The translations under genes and the position numbers were made by a program. This document shows positions 16,445 to 17,450 of a DNA stretch of 17,450 bases, one piece after another. Position 1 is the first letter of the stretch; every line of letters starts with the position of its first letter. Under the pieces are notes generated by a model that saw only the letters and a list, made by a program, of their open reading frames with translations, was not told the origin of the DNA and made no database searches. Origin of the DNA: Spirochaetales bacterium (GTDB lineage Bacteria; Spirochaetota; Spirochaetia; UBA9216); the NCBI GenBank assembly GCA_031273605.1, contig JAISRN010000200.1, positions 1-17,450 of the forward strand, written 5' to 3'.

Positions 16445-16475
16445 TGAGCCAGTTTCAGGTTCCGAAACTGGCTCA
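16445..16475 (-). promoter_or_regulatory. Perfect 12-bp inverted repeat (7-nt loop) in the 5' UTR/operator position of the chemoreceptor gene
   Basis: tgagccagtttc-aggttcc-gaaactggctca, lying between a TATAAT -10 and the RBS on the minus strand. Confidence 0.45.
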
Positions 16476-16487
16476 GATGCTGGGTGA

Positions 16488-16519
16488 ATTATACATCTCT
16501 ATTTTTTTTATTTCTACAA
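16488..16519 (-). promoter_or_regulatory. Putative promoter of the chemoreceptor gene (minus strand)
   Basis: Minus-strand TATAAT (plus 16488-16493) with TAGAAA 17 nt upstream (plus 16511-16516). Confidence 0.4.
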
Positions 16520-16639
16520 ATATTTGAACCAATTTAAAAAATCGTAACTACTCAGCCGCCTTTTGAATCCGTCCTGTTTACTACTTTACTACTCTGTTTT
16601 TATGGGGTAAGATTGCTTGAGACTAAGGAGGAATAAGCA

Positions 16640-17350
16640 ATGAACGATAAAGAACTTTTGAAGGAACTTGAAAAATACGATACCCCTTCCGTTACCAACG
16701 TGGTGGCCACTTACCCTGGGGACGAGGAAACCTGCCTCGGCCTCTACGATCCCTGGGTGATCAACTGGTATACCGACTCAACCCTGAAATGCATGTACCC
16801 CGAACTGGGACGGAAGGCCGGCTTCGCGGTTACCTGCGTGGTGGGGCTGCCGAACCCGGGCTTTAAGCGGCTGGAATGGGCGGACGTTTTCCGGGCCATA
16901 GGCGCCGCCGGGGGGCCGGTGGTTCTGGCCATCAAGCAGGATTTCCCCGAAGAAATAAAAAAGAAAAACGGCCTTTCCGGCGGGAATTTGACCACCGCCT
17001 TTAAGGCCTGCGGGGCCATAGGGGTCATTTCCGACGGGCCTTCCCGGGACATTGACGAGATACGGCCCAAGGATTTTCAATACATGCTCACCGGCGTCTG
17101 CGCCGGCCACGGCGACTTTGCCGTCAAGGCGGTGAATGTGCCGGTGAATATCTGCGGCATGGACATAAGCCCCGGAGAAATCATCCACATGGACGAAAAC
17201 GGCGCGGTAAAATTCCCCCGGCAAGTTCTGCCCCAGGTGGTGGAAAAGATTGAAAAACTCCTCGCCGGCGAGGCGGACAAGCAGCGCCGGATCGCCGACG
17301 CCGCCGGGGACGTGGAGAAGATCATCCGCATCATGAAGGGCTTTGAGTAA
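16640..17350 (+). CDS. RraA-like family protein (RraA / HMG-CHA aldolase / demethylmenaquinone methyltransferase-like fold)
   Basis: 236 aa. DG..RD-type motif in GVISDGPSRDIDEI. AAGGAGG sits 8 nt upstream of the ATG. Confidence 0.6.
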   Translation: MNDKELLKELEKYDTPSVTNVVATYPGDEETCLGLYDPWVINWYTDSTLKCMYPELGRKAGFAVTCVVGLPNPGFKRLEWADVFRAIGAAGGPVVLAIKQDFPEEIKKKNGLSGGNLTTAFKACGAIGVISDGPSRDIDEIRPKDFQYMLTGVCAGHGDFAVKAVNVPVNICGMDISPGEIIHMDENGAVKFPRQVLPQVVEKIEKLLAGEADKQRRIADAAGDVEKIIRIMKGFE

Positions 17351-17358
17351 GAAGCCCC

Positions 17359-17450
17359 CTATTCCCGGGTTAAAGCCAGGGCGTCTTCCAGGGCGGGGGC
17401 AATGTTCCCGGCCCCCAGGTCGTGTGAAAAGCCGGATTTTTCCAGGATCT
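17359..17450 (-). CDS. Possible C-terminal fragment of a convergent gene (..ILEKSGFSHDLGAGNIAPALEDALALTRE*). Identity unknown.
   Basis: Open minus frame running in from the window edge to a TAG (plus 17359-17361) 8 nt after the RraA-like stop. Only 30 codons are visible. Confidence 0.3.
   Translation of the reverse strand, partial: ILEKSGFSHDLGAGNIAPALEDALALTRE

Noticed and set aside
1-17450. CRISPR arrays, tRNA/rRNA genes
   Set aside because: Scanned for regularly spaced direct repeats and tRNA-like cloverleaf/T-arm (GTTCGAATC-type) sequences. Only the short repeats reported above were seen.

Overview
The window is GC-rich on both flanks (many ccc/ggg/gcc codons) with a sharply AT-rich insert of about 0.9 kb. 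It is densely coding: I call 13 protein genes, two of them partial at the window edges, and see no rRNA, tRNA, CRISPR array, transposase or integrase. The genes below are in window order.

- **7TM receptor (minus strand, partial):** a membrane receptor with a signal/lipoprotein-like N-terminus and an extracytoplasmic domain. It lies immediately downstream of the NCS1 permease and is linked to it through a 16-codon overlapping mini-ORF.
- **NCS1 (CodB-like) cytosine/purine permease (minus strand).**
- **Mre11/SbcD-like + Rad50/SbcC-like pair (plus strand):** a translationally coupled metallophosphoesterase and SMC-like ATPase. The ATPase carries a two-helix transmembrane hairpin at the coiled-coil apex, where a zinc hook would normally sit. 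I regard this membrane-tethered nuclease/ATPase module (YhaO/YhaN-like architecture) as the best candidate for an uncharacterised system here.
- **AT-rich island (about 6240-7160):** a compositionally foreign segment holding one SPOUT (SpoU/TrmH-class) RNA 2'-O-methyltransferase of the TsnR/RlmB type, probably horizontally acquired.
- **ORF-free 470-nt GC-rich region (7156-7627).**
- **SPFH/Band-7 protein** with an unrecognised N-terminal domain.
- **SDR gene cassette** with its own promoter and terminator, bracketed by two copies of a palindromic repeat.
- **Minus-strand cluster:** a SulP anion transporter, an FNT channel, two tandem SDRs and a soluble chemoreceptor with an [FeFe]-hydrogenase-like sensor domain fused to an MCP signalling domain. 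The chemoreceptor's 5' UTR contains a perfect palindrome.
- **RraA-like protein (plus strand)**, then a short partial minus-strand CDS at the 3' edge.

All calls rest on motif-level reading of the translations and on visible sequence structure. No database searches were run.
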